Of a stretch of DNA of 64,000 bases, positions 51,003 through 59,937 are shown in pieces. Under the pieces are notes generated by a model. The model was not told the DNA's origin and searched no databases. It was given only the letters and a program-made list of their open reading frames with translations. This stretch comes from a virus (taxonomy: Duplodnaviria; Caudoviricetes). The stretch is taken from IMG/VR virus record IMGVR_UViG_3300028833_000116, positions 1 through 64,000 of that record. The stretch is one strand, 5' to 3'. The translations under genes and the position numbers were made by a program. Position 1 is the first letter of the stretch; each line of letters opens with the position of its first letter.

Positions 51003-51940
51003 CGTTTAATAAATTCTTCTTTTAAAGGTTTAGCAAGTAATGCAGCATTAGGATGAGGAGGACCTGAAACACCATCTGCTCTTAAAGCAAAGAAATGTTT
51101 CCAATCATCTACAAAAGCAGTGTGAATAAGTTGAGTCTTAGTAGAAAGAGGAAGAACTTCTCTAGCTTGTTGAGGTTTCCAGCCTTTTTTAATAAGACCA
51201 TTATAACAAAATTCAGCAACTGTAAGACTAAATAGATAATAATCTATATCACACCACTGTGTATCTCTAGCTTCTAAATAATCATCACAATAAGTAACAA
51301 GTTTATCAAATTGATGACTTTCTACATATGGAAGATTTTCTTCATTTAAAAGCCAAGCAGGAAGTCCAATCTTAATCTGACCATCATTATGCTTATTATA
51401 ATTACAATATCTAGTACTTTCTTCTGCAATAGAATTAACTCTGTGACGATTAAATTCACGAGTCACACCTATATTAGTTGTAAAAGAAACAGTAACTCTT
51501 TTAGCATGATGTTCAGTTGGAGTACAAATATATTTAAGGTCAGCAAGCCAATTATGTTCTATAAGAACACGAAGATTAGTTGTTACGTAAGACCCTGGAT
51601 TATCGTCATAGATATAATTTTCTTTAGAATGAGGATTATTACAATAATGCTTTATAACTTCTGGTAATCTAGTATTAACATCATCTAGCCAAGGAATAAA
51701 TAGATAAACAGTTCCATGTTCAAGCATAGCACCATGAATCTTATCAATATCAAGCTCCCCCGTAGAAGATATTTGCCTTAGAATAACTCTTTTAACAAAA
51801 TCTTCTTTAGTTTCATTATCAGATTTCTTTTCAGATTGATAACAAACACGAGTACATCTAGCAATATGAGCATACATTCCTTCTACGGGGGAGGTAGTAT
51901 CTTGTTCCCATATTTCAAAGTTTGGTCTAATTAGTTCCAT
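50990..51940 (-). CDS. thyX: FAD-dependent thymidylate synthase
   Basis: ARCTRVCY, HGAMLEH, REFNRHR...ESTRYC and QQAREVLP motifs. Confidence 0.92.
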   Translation of the reverse strand: MELIRPNFEIWEQDTTSPVEGMYAHIARCTRVCYQSEKKSDNETKEDFVKRVILRQISSTGELDIDKIHGAMLEHGTVYLFIPWLDDVNTRLPEVIKHYCNNPHSKENYIYDDNPGSYVTTNLRVLIEHNWLADLKYICTPTEHHAKRVTVSFTTNIGVTREFNRHRVNSIAEESTRYCNYNKHNDGQIKIGLPAWLLNEENLPYVESHQFDKLVTYCDDYLEARDTQWCDIDYYLFSLTVAEFCYNGLIKKGWKPQQAREVLPLSTKTQLIHTAFVDDWKHFFALRADGVSGPPHPNAALLAKPLKEEFIKRCLL

Positions 51941-52277
51941 TTTTATCTGTATTTAAATAGTTATAGGTCATAATTGCATAACAAGCTAAATCGAGAAGAG
52001 TATCATTAATACTTTCATCTCTAACTTGAGGTTTATCAAAAGGATTAAGATTTGTAAGAGTAATTATACGATTCATTTTATCATATAATCGTCCTATACC
52101 ATAAGCAGTACCAATAATTTCCATTCCTTTATTAAAAGAATTACCATAATCATGATTTTTCCTAGCATAAAGGTTACACATATTTGCACAGGTCTTAGCA
52201 AAAGCTAATACTTCATGCGTTGTAAGTTCTTCTGGAATTCTAAAATCAAGAACAAAATCTCTACTATCCTCTACCAT
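51927..52277 (-). CDS. Nucleotide-modification-associated domain protein (DUF1599/Nmad1-like)
   Basis: RKNHDYGNSF...RLYDKMNR...ESINDTLLDLACYAIM. Confidence 0.85.
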   Translation of the reverse strand: MVEDSRDFVLDFRIPEELTTHEVLAFAKTCANMCNLYARKNHDYGNSFNKGMEIIGTAYGIGRLYDKMNRIITLTNLNPFDKPQVRDESINDTLLDLACYAIMTYNYLNTDKNGTN

Positions 52278-52476
52278 TGTTTTCTAGTTTAAAATAAGTA
52301 TTAATAACGTTACGAGTAACGTTAAGTAATATAGTCCCAATATGAAGCATTTGCACTTTAGATAGTTCTAAAACATTAACATCTTCATCATTTATTAAAA
52401 TTCTAATAGCAAAGCCATTATCTTGTTCCATAACTTTAGTATGGATAATCTGTATTTCTATATCTTCCTTATTCAT
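52264..52476 (-). CDS. Hypothetical protein
   Basis: Probable start MNKEDIE at 52476, directly downstream of a -7 box. Confidence 0.55.
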   Translation of the reverse strand: MNKEDIEIQIIHTKVMEQDNGFAIRILINDEDVNVLELSKVQMLHIGTILLNVTRNVINTYFKLENNGRG

Positions 52477-52480
52477 ATTA

Positions 52481-52526
52481 CAAAGATAATAAATTATTTT
52501 AAAATACAAGAATTTTAAGTGTTAAA
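52481..52526 (-). promoter_or_regulatory. Bacteroidetes-type promoter
   Basis: TATCTTTG on - strand at 52488-52481, CTTG 18 nt upstream, TTTAACA 38 nt upstream. Confidence 0.6.
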
Positions 52527-52636
52527 TTTTTCAGACATTTTTAACGTTTCTGACGAGATAATTTTGCCAGCTTATTAGTTAATCATCTGACATATAAAAA
52601 TGCTCTGACAAGGCTAAAAAGTGGCAAATAAAGAAA
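52521..52636 (+). repeat. Structured dispersed element, copy D
   Basis: Core AGCTTATTAGTTAATCA at 52569; GGCAAATAAAG with AAATA at +57. Confidence 0.65.
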
Positions 52637-52667
52637 ATAATAAAGCCCTACCACTATAGGCAGGGCT
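52634..52667 (-). terminator. Terminator hairpin
   Basis: AGCCCT...AGGGCT stem preceded by an A-rich tract on the + strand. Confidence 0.55.
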
Positions 52668-52674
52668 GATTAGA

Positions 52675-53031
52675 TTAAATATTTATTTTATAAATATCTC
52701 CGTCACTATCATGTTCTATATGTATAATATCTACATTAGAATCATTCTGAATTTCACTTAATCCTGATTCATAAAATATAGTTTTAACATTAAATTTTAA
52801 TCTACCATAATCATCTTTTTTAGTTCTAAAATATACTGTGTTTTGAGGAATACAATCAAGTAATACTATAAAGTACACAGTAGTCTTTAATGTAGGTTCA
52901 AACCTTTTAACAAAAGTATAATATGGTCTATATTTTATACTTCTACTTAACAGAAGTTGTTTATTAGAATCAAGCCAAGTTTTAAATTTATTAGTTTTAT
53001 TTTTTACGTTATCATAAGCACTAAGATTCAT
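52675..53031 (-). CDS. Hypothetical protein
   Basis: 118-aa ORF. Confidence 0.7.
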   Translation of the reverse strand: MNLSAYDNVKNKTNKFKTWLDSNKQLLLSRSIKYRPYYTFVKRFEPTLKTTVYFIVLLDCIPQNTVYFRTKKDDYGRLKFNVKTIFYESGLSEIQNDSNVDIIHIEHDSDGDIYKINI

Positions 53032-53034
53032 AAT

Positions 53035-53316
53035 TTATTTATTTTCAAATTCTAATTGATAAAACGCATAGTATTCCAAATTTAAAAACTTTATACAATA
53101 TTCAAAACCGTTTACAAAATCTATACTTATAGTAGGAAATATATAAAAGTCTGAATGGGAATATATGCCAGATTCTCTTTTAAGTTGACTATATTCTTTA
53201 CTTACAGGTACATAATATCTATAAATTTTATAATAAACTTCTATAAAACAATTAATTATAAAACTAATAAATTTAAGCGCACCTAATATAGATAATATTA
53301 TAATTATTACTTTCAT
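53035..53316 (-). CDS. Hypothetical membrane protein
   Basis: 93 aa with a hydrophobic N-terminus. Confidence 0.55.
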   Translation of the reverse strand: MKVIIIILSILGALKFISFIINCFIEVYYKIYRYYVPVSKEYSQLKRESGIYSHSDFYIFPTISIDFVNGFEYCIKFLNLEYYAFYQLEFENK

Positions 53317-53317
53317 A

Positions 53318-54562
53318 TTATTTATCTATTATTTCAATACCTCTAGCATGGAAAGGAACTTGATTTACACCAGACCTAGCTCTAAATTCAACTAGCATAT
53401 ACTTACCAATATATTTATCTTTATTAGCAAGAATTTCTCGTTGAACATCTTGAGGTTTATTAATACTACATTCAAATAATTCGTCATTTATGTCATTAAA
53501 ACATACAAATAGAGGAAGGTTACTACGTTTATGTTCAGATTTAATGTCAGCAATTATAAATTTACCATCATCAACTTTCTTAAACTTAAACATAGCTTGA
53601 TTACGTTTACCAAATTGATACTCAGCAGAAGGATTACGAAGAATAAGACCTTCAAATCCTAAATCAATAAATTGATTTCTATGAATTATAGCATCTTCAT
53701 AACTATCTATTTGTACCCATGTAGGAAGTACAACAAATTGTTTAGTATTATTAAGATGTTCTTCTTTTGTATTAAAATAAGTCATGCCAACAGATTCTAG
53801 ATTATTATCTTTAAATTTAAATCTAGCTTCTGCACTCATATTCTCACAAGCAATATCATAACACCAATATTGAAGTTTATAATGTTGTGGAAGTTGAGTA
53901 TTTTTAACAAAAGAGTTAATATCATTAACAGCATATCCAGGAAGATATAATTCTCCATCAAGACAAGCACCTTCTTCTAGCATCATGTCTAGAAGTTCTT
54001 TACTTATCTTAGGAAGAAGAATTTCATCCATCCAAGACATCTTATGAGTCCAATCTTCACCTGTACGAGAATGATAAGTTAAATGTATAGGATTAAATAA
54101 ATCCATACCATTTTGTTCAGCACCTATAATACAACGAAGACCATCAATCTTCCACTGACCAAGCATAGTACCATACTTATCAAAAGGCTTATTATCTTCT
54201 AATACTTTTGCAAGCATAGGAAGAACAAAACCTTCTGAGGTAGTAGAGTATTTAGGAAGGTAAGTATTAAGAACATAAATTAAAGGTTTAGCATCATTTA
54301 GTTGAGTATAAGCATTTTCTGCTATTTTTATAGCATCGTCACTTAAGCTATCTTTAAGTTCACTTAATTCTTTATAACCTTCTTTACGTTTAGCATTAAC
54401 TCTAGATTGAAGCTCATTAGCATTTTTAAGAGTTATAGGAATATATTCCATGTGAAGTTTTCCTCCTACAAGTCCATATTCTATAATAATCTCTACTGCA
54501 TCACTAACAGCATGCCATACAAGAGGCTTGCCTTGAGCATTACGTTTATAAAGTGTTATCAT
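53318..54562 (-). CDS. ATP-dependent DNA ligase
   Basis: Motif I QWKIDGLRC plus LDGELY, FEGLILR, FKFK and a C-terminal VPFH. Confidence 0.9.
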   Translation of the reverse strand: MITLYKRNAQGKPLVWHAVSDAVEIIIEYGLVGGKLHMEYIPITLKNANELQSRVNAKRKEGYKELSELKDSLSDDAIKIAENAYTQLNDAKPLIYVLNTYLPKYSTTSEGFVLPMLAKVLEDNKPFDKYGTMLGQWKIDGLRCIIGAEQNGMDLFNPIHLTYHSRTGEDWTHKMSWMDEILLPKISKELLDMMLEEGACLDGELYLPGYAVNDINSFVKNTQLPQHYKLQYWCYDIACENMSAEARFKFKDNNLESVGMTYFNTKEEHLNNTKQFVVLPTWVQIDSYEDAIIHRNQFIDLGFEGLILRNPSAEYQFGKRNQAMFKFKKVDDGKFIIADIKSEHKRSNLPLFVCFNDINDELFECSINKPQDVQREILANKDKYIGKYMLVEFRARSGVNQVPFHARGIEIIDK

Positions 54563-54632
54563 AATTAAAATAATATTGGTAATCTACAAAAATGTTCATT
54601 ATCTGGAGTATTTATTTATTACAAAACATAAT

Positions 54633-54842
54633 TCAATCTTTAAAACCTCTTATATCTATAATATCTAATTCTTCTAATAAAATATTATATGTTCTATCAG
54701 ATAGTTTATGACCGCAATTATTACTATCGCTATCAGAATTTGTCCAAATATAATGAGATGCATCTTCAGCAGATATAACAGCTATGTTGTAAATAGGAAT
54801 GATAGTTCCATTTTCACTTCTAATACATTTAATTTTACTCAT
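54633..54842 (-). CDS. Hypothetical protein
   Basis: 69-aa ORF. Confidence 0.6.
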   Translation of the reverse strand: MSKIKCIRSENGTIIPIYNIAVISAEDASHYIWTNSDSDSNNCGHKLSDRTYNILLEELDIIDIRGFKD

Positions 54843-55341
54843 CTTTCTTAGGAGGTTTAATTTTAAAAGTTAAATTACCAAACTGAGCACTAAGCTTTTT
54901 AAGTCTTTCTTTATTACTTATTTCTTTACCCATACCAGGTAAAGTACCCTCATTAGCTTTCCTTCTACGGGCGGGATTACTATGCTCTTTATCCCATTTA
55001 TCTTTAGCTTTCTTATCACCATACCAAACAGGAGGATTTTCTTTTTCATATTCAAGGTTAGCTTGATGTCTTTCAAGAAGAGCAACAATTCTTCTTTTAT
55101 CAACATCAAAGTCATTACCTGCAAACTTATTAGATGCATACCAGTATGCACTAATTTCTTTTTGATAAGGATAACCTATTGTTTGCATCATTCTCATGCC
55201 ATTAATTACGCGAGAACAATCTAGATAAACTAATTGCTGAGAAAGATACTTATCAATACCTTTCTCAGCAATATCTTTATCAATCATGTTAATATAATCC
55301 TTATCTAAATCTATTATATATTTAGACAACTCTTCTAACAT
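54835..55341 (-). CDS. Hypothetical protein
   Basis: 168-aa ORF overlapping its neighbours. Confidence 0.7.
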   Translation of the reverse strand: MLEELSKYIIDLDKDYINMIDKDIAEKGIDKYLSQQLVYLDCSRVINGMRMMQTIGYPYQKEISAYWYASNKFAGNDFDVDKRRIVALLERHQANLEYEKENPPVWYGDKKAKDKWDKEHSNPARRRKANEGTLPGMGKEISNKERLKKLSAQFGNLTFKIKPPKKDE

Positions 55342-55807
55342 TTTTCACAATTTCTCTAAAAATACAACATCTTTCAGGTTTACCTAGTACAGCATGCTTG
55401 TATTGTGATATAACAGCTGGATTAGTAGTATCATAGTATCTAGCTCTTTTTATTGGACTATAACAACAATGTTCATCATAATTATAATCAGAAGGAACAC
55501 ATATTCCTAACCCAATAAGAAAATCTAACCATTTCATATTTTCTATAGCATAGAAATCATCAGAATTTGTATGAAAATCTATATTACCATAACAAATAAT
55601 ATCAGTACTATGTATTTTAAACGATGCGTTTCCTTTATTAGTCATAAGAAATCCAGAGTCTAACTTCTTTTCTTCTTCTTCACTAATAGGAATCATAACT
55701 ACTAACTCATTTTCATATTTGTTAATAGAATGGCAACATATCACCTGATAACCAGCTGTTGTTAATGGCATCTGTATCTTTTTTAGTTTTAAATCTGATT
55801 TCGACAT
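55322..55807 (-). CDS. Hypothetical protein
   Basis: 161-aa ORF; the real start may be MPLTT at 55771. Confidence 0.65.
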   Translation of the reverse strand: MSKSDLKLKKIQMPLTTAGYQVICCHSINKYENELVVMIPISEEEEKKLDSGFLMTNKGNASFKIHSTDIICYGNIDFHTNSDDFYAIENMKWLDFLIGLGICVPSDYNYDEHCCYSPIKRARYYDTTNPAVISQYKHAVLGKPERCCIFREIVKNVRRVV

Positions 55808-56948
55808 ATTTTCTAGTATCTTCTATAAAATGATTAATTTGTTCTATGTTAAACTTATCGTGAAGGTCTGAAAAATCTTTAGAATTAAAATTAGGCAGAC
55901 CAAATTCACCTCTAGTTATAAATAGGTAAGGAATACCATATTTTTCTTCTAAGTATTTAGCACCTTGACGACCAGTTTGGTCAAAATCAAGCAAACTTAA
56001 TATAAGACCATCATCATTTAATTTATTTAATAACCAATCATATTCTTTTTGATTAAGTTGATAATTTTCAGAAGGAAGATTTATAACTCCAATATTGAGT
56101 TTTTTAGCTCCCCCGTAGAGAGGATGTAGCATTAAATGATTGCCTATGCTTAATCTATCTTTTGTACTTTTTGTAATAAGAATATAATCATAATTGTCAA
56201 GTTCAAGATTAAGTAAACCTTCAAGAACATTACAATTAGTTATAAATTTTAATCCAGTACGACGATTTCTACGAGGGAAATAAAGTTTAATAAGACGAAT
56301 ACCTTGTCTATTAGTTCCTAACATATAAGCATAACAAGGGTCTTTAGCTTTATAATAATATTTAGGTTCAGTGTCAACAGTTCTATCAATATAATATTGG
56401 TCTACAGGAATAACAAAGTGTGTATTTAAATAATTTAGACTTACACCCCATCTTGCCCATATATCTTTATCATATTTATTCCAACTTCTAGGAACAATAT
56501 CAATAATATGTTTTTTAGTTTTACCTTTATATAAAGCATTAGCTATTAAAGGTTGAATATTAGGGTCTGTTTCTTTACCATCAATTATATCACTAAAAGT
56601 ATATGCTATATGTTTAAGAATAAAATAGAAATCTTGTTTATTATTAGTTTCAATCTTTCTTTCATAAGCTAAACTCAATACATAAGCTACAACGCCATAC
56701 ACATCTTCAAAGAATCCCCAACCACCAAAGTCACGAACTTTAAGCCTACCTTTAGCATTATATTGAATACCCATACTACAATTAACATCATCATCTCTAA
56801 AAATGGATTTAATTAAAACATTTTTGTCAATGCATTTTTTAATAGTTTCCATAGGTATATCAAGATATTTACTAATAATAGCTTCTTGACTTATTTTAGA
56901 TTCAATATATTCTTTAGTCAAGTTGGTAGTACATATATTACGTTTCAT
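55722..56948 (-). CDS. DNA primase (crAss-type, TOPRIM)
   Basis: SIFRDD, VRDFGG, ILITKSTKD, DFDQTG and KDFSD motifs; located in the replication module. Confidence 0.8.
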   Translation of the reverse strand: MKRNICTTNLTKEYIESKISQEAIISKYLDIPMETIKKCIDKNVLIKSIFRDDDVNCSMGIQYNAKGRLKVRDFGGWGFFEDVYGVVAYVLSLAYERKIETNNKQDFYFILKHIAYTFSDIIDGKETDPNIQPLIANALYKGKTKKHIIDIVPRSWNKYDKDIWARWGVSLNYLNTHFVIPVDQYYIDRTVDTEPKYYYKAKDPCYAYMLGTNRQGIRLIKLYFPRRNRRTGLKFITNCNVLEGLLNLELDNYDYILITKSTKDRLSIGNHLMLHPLYGGAKKLNIGVINLPSENYQLNQKEYDWLLNKLNDDGLILSLLDFDQTGRQGAKYLEEKYGIPYLFITRGEFGLPNFNSKDFSDLHDKFNIEQINHFIEDTRKYVEIRFKTKKDTDAINNSWLSGDMLPFY

Positions 56949-56966
56949 ATTTGTATTGAGTTAATA

Positions 56967-57005
56967 AGTAAAAGCTAGCCTCTTATTATAGAAGCTAGCT
57001 TTACT
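56967..57005 (-). terminator. Terminator (possibly bidirectional)
   Basis: AAAGCTAGC...GCTAGCTTT. Confidence 0.65.
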
Positions 57006-57031
57006 ATGAACATCTTGCCTAATATAAGTTA

Positions 57032-57955
57032 TTAGAAAGGCATTTCTTCGCCAGCTTCACTATAAGCACCTCCTGTGGGAGAGCCTAATATACCAGGAGC
57101 GGCTGCAATTACTCCTCCTTCAATTCCAATAGCACCAGGTATTGTAGGAGTCTTCTTTACCTCTTTAGGAGTAATTGATTCCTTAGAAGTATCAAGACTT
57201 ATAATCTTAGGCATTTCATTACCCTTAGCTATTTCTACAACACCAGTTCCAATAAATGGGTCAAAAGCAAGGTCACCATTAGACTGAATATTCTTCCACT
57301 CACCTTTAATTTTCTTATGACGAAGAAGTTTCATCCAAACACGAATAAATTTACCATCTTCATCACGGAAACAAGGTTTAGGAGTTTCACCATCAGGAAG
57401 GTTATAACGACCATTCATAATGTCAGCAACAGTATTAAACAACTGAGCATAACCAGCAAGAATGTCTTTAACATCAAGAGCAACATAATTACCTTCATCG
57501 TCGAAATCAACAAACGGAAGACTCAGAGCATCCTCTTCTTCTTCAGTAAGTTTACGACCCTTCAGATAATAAACATCAAGCATATGCTTAATGAAGTTCA
57601 TAACTTGATTTACCTTCCACTCTTCAGTTCCTCCAGGAATAGTATTAACATTACTTTCAACAGGGAAGAGAGTATGATACACATGCCTCATCTGAGTAAC
57701 ATCCTTAGTATTACTACAGAACTCAAATACAAGACGAGGAACTTTCTCACCTGTAAATTGCTTACCATCTGCGTTTACAGACCAAGCAACTTCAACAGAA
57801 TGAAGATGTCCCATAAATAGACCATTTGGAGAAGCATCTTTCTCATGAAATCTAAGCTGACTAGTAGCTTGAGTTTCATTACTAATACCTCTCCTAACTT
57901 TCTTTGCAGGAGCTTCTGCAGTGGCTCCAGCTAACTTTGTTTTTTCTTCAGACAT
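57032..57955 (-). CDS. Putative single-stranded DNA-binding protein
   Basis: 307 aa with a flexible tail ending EEMPF (SSB-like acidic PF tip). Confidence 0.55.
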   Translation of the reverse strand: MSEEKTKLAGATAEAPAKKVRRGISNETQATSQLRFHEKDASPNGLFMGHLHSVEVAWSVNADGKQFTGEKVPRLVFEFCSNTKDVTQMRHVYHTLFPVESNVNTIPGGTEEWKVNQVMNFIKHMLDVYYLKGRKLTEEEEDALSLPFVDFDDEGNYVALDVKDILAGYAQLFNTVADIMNGRYNLPDGETPKPCFRDEDGKFIRVWMKLLRHKKIKGEWKNIQSNGDLAFDPFIGTGVVEIAKGNEMPKIISLDTSKESITPKEVKKTPTIPGAIGIEGGVIAAAPGILGSPTGGAYSEAGEEMPF

Positions 57956-57987
57956 AACTTAATTAAGTTTTTATTGTTTATAAAGAT

Positions 57988-58021
57988 GAAAATAGGGAGG
58001 AACTCACTAGGAGAACCTCCC
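57988..58021 (-). terminator. Terminator hairpin
   Basis: GGGAGG...CCTCCC stem after the stop of the 274-aa gene. Confidence 0.5.
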
Positions 58022-58050
58022 CGAAATTAGATATTAGGACAAATTAAAGA

Positions 58051-58875
58051 TTAATCCTCAGCTTCGTCTTTCTTACCACGAACCATAGGAGTCTTATCAG
58101 AATCAAACTCCAGAGGATAAGCCATCACCTTAACAATGCCATCGTCACCAGCCTTACCATTATTGAATTCAGCTTCAACGGCTTCATCAAGCTTAACGTT
58201 AAATACACGATTGACAGAACTCTTGTCAGCGAGGTCAGACTTCATAGAATCCCAAATAGCGGTATCAGTGAAGTTGAGCTGCAGACCAATACCTGTGGCA
58301 TTAGCAGTAGCAGCAGTCTTAGAACCACTAGCAGCATGGAATGTAGGACTGGGAACATCATCAGGAGTCAGAGCAGAAGCAAGAGTTTCATCATCTGCAC
58401 CCTCAAGACCCTTAGAAGCAGCAAACTTAGCCTTATCCTCTTCAGACATTTCGCCAATCATCTCAACACCATGTTCAGCAATGTAAGCAGCCTTATCTTC
58501 CTTAGTAATACGAACTGTACCGAGGATAGGCTCACCATTACGCTTAAACATAAGGACACCCTTAGCAATATACCAAACCAACTGGTCTTTGATAAAAGCA
58601 TCAGCACCCTCACGAGTATTCAGGTCCCAGCCCTGTTCATTAGCATAAGCTACAATCTCATCAGCAGGATTGTTCAGAGCAGCTTCAATCTCACTCTTAT
58701 TATTGAAGAACATTACATTCTCACCAGCAGCAATAGCAAGAGCCTTACTTACAGGAGAAGTAATTGTGAATTGACCTTGCGTACTCTTAACGATAAGCTG
58801 AGGAGTAGCATTAACTAAAGAACTCTTCTGACCTGCCATAATGGCGTTAATACCAAACTTAATACCAAGTTTCAT
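58051..58875 (-). CDS. Highly expressed hypothetical protein
   Basis: 274 aa with strongly biased codon usage. Confidence 0.75.
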   Translation of the reverse strand: MKLGIKFGINAIMAGQKSSLVNATPQLIVKSTQGQFTITSPVSKALAIAAGENVMFFNNKSEIEAALNNPADEIVAYANEQGWDLNTREGADAFIKDQLVWYIAKGVLMFKRNGEPILGTVRITKEDKAAYIAEHGVEMIGEMSEEDKAKFAASKGLEGADDETLASALTPDDVPSPTFHAASGSKTAATANATGIGLQLNFTDTAIWDSMKSDLADKSSVNRVFNVKLDEAVEAEFNNGKAGDDGIVKVMAYPLEFDSDKTPMVRGKKDEAED

Positions 58876-58938
58876 AACTTTAATGTTTTTAAAAGGGTTA
58901 ATAAATAAATAAAATTAGTTATATGTAGCAGAACTACA

Positions 58939-59871
58939 TTATTCGCTTTCTTGATTAACTTCTACGTATTCAGCATTCTCAATGGCATAATCAAGACCTC
59001 CATTGATAAGCGCATTTTCAGTATCTTCAAGGACACCCATAAGAACGTCACTAGCAATATCTCTTGCACCAAGAGTAAAAGCTCTATGTCCAATCATTAT
59101 TCTAGCATATTTCTTATAAGTATCTTTATTGAAGAACTCAGCGGTAACAGCTTCACTATAACTAAAGTGACTTGTAGCAGTTTGTTCTACTATTTTACCC
59201 ATAATTTTATGGAATCTAGTAAACTTATATTCAGTCACAAAGTCAATAGGAACTGCAGGGATTCTAATAACAGGAAATGCACCCTCAGATTTAATCTTTT
59301 GGGCATGAGCTTGATTAATAGCAACTTCGCATTTGTTACTAAGTTGAAACTCATTATATTTCTTTCCTGCAAGGTCAGTGTACCATTTAACTGGGTAAAC
59401 ACCAATCTTATCTCCATTACTTTCTTCAGTAAGTTTAACAGCTTCGGTAGTGGTACGACATCTAACACAATAATTAGGAAGTTGTGTTTCGTTATAAATC
59501 GTATTACCGTCAGTATACTGATACTGAGGAGTATAATCTTTAGTGCATTCCCAAGTTACTCCTGCCCTCGATAATAACGACTTTATAATATGAATATCAG
59601 CAACAGTCTTACCACTAACAACGTGGATATGTTCTATACAAGTTGAGAAAGGTAGTTGCAAATCTTGTGCTCTCATAAGGATAGCTAAACCCTCATTTAC
59701 ACTTTTAACTCCACCTTTATCAGTTGCAATAATCTTCTTTAAGAATATCTCAGCAGAAGCTAATTGCTTTTCATCAAGAAGATTTAGAACTTTAAGACCA
59801 GTAACTGCATCATCATGTCTAATAGTCAATGCACGACCATTACTGCCGTCTTTTGCATTTAATTTGTCCAT
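58939..59871 (-). CDS. Putative ssDNA-annealing protein (RecT-like)
   Basis: IEHIHVVSGK and YKKYARIMIGHRAFTLGARDIASDVLMG resemble a RecT/Bet core. Confidence 0.55.
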   Translation of the reverse strand: MDKLNAKDGSNGRALTIRHDDAVTGLKVLNLLDEKQLASAEIFLKKIIATDKGGVKSVNEGLAILMRAQDLQLPFSTCIEHIHVVSGKTVADIHIIKSLLSRAGVTWECTKDYTPQYQYTDGNTIYNETQLPNYCVRCRTTTEAVKLTEESNGDKIGVYPVKWYTDLAGKKYNEFQLSNKCEVAINQAHAQKIKSEGAFPVIRIPAVPIDFVTEYKFTRFHKIMGKIVEQTATSHFSYSEAVTAEFFNKDTYKKYARIMIGHRAFTLGARDIASDVLMGVLEDTENALINGGLDYAIENAEYVEVNQESE

Positions 59872-59906
59872 TATTTCAAAGAGCGTTATTTGTACTAATT
59901 ACAATG

Positions 59907-59937
59907 CAAAGATACAAAAAATATTTCAATCTACAAT
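59907..59937 (-). promoter_or_regulatory. Bacteroidetes-type promoter
   Basis: TATCTTTG on - strand at 59914-59907 with ATTG 19 nt upstream. Confidence 0.6.
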
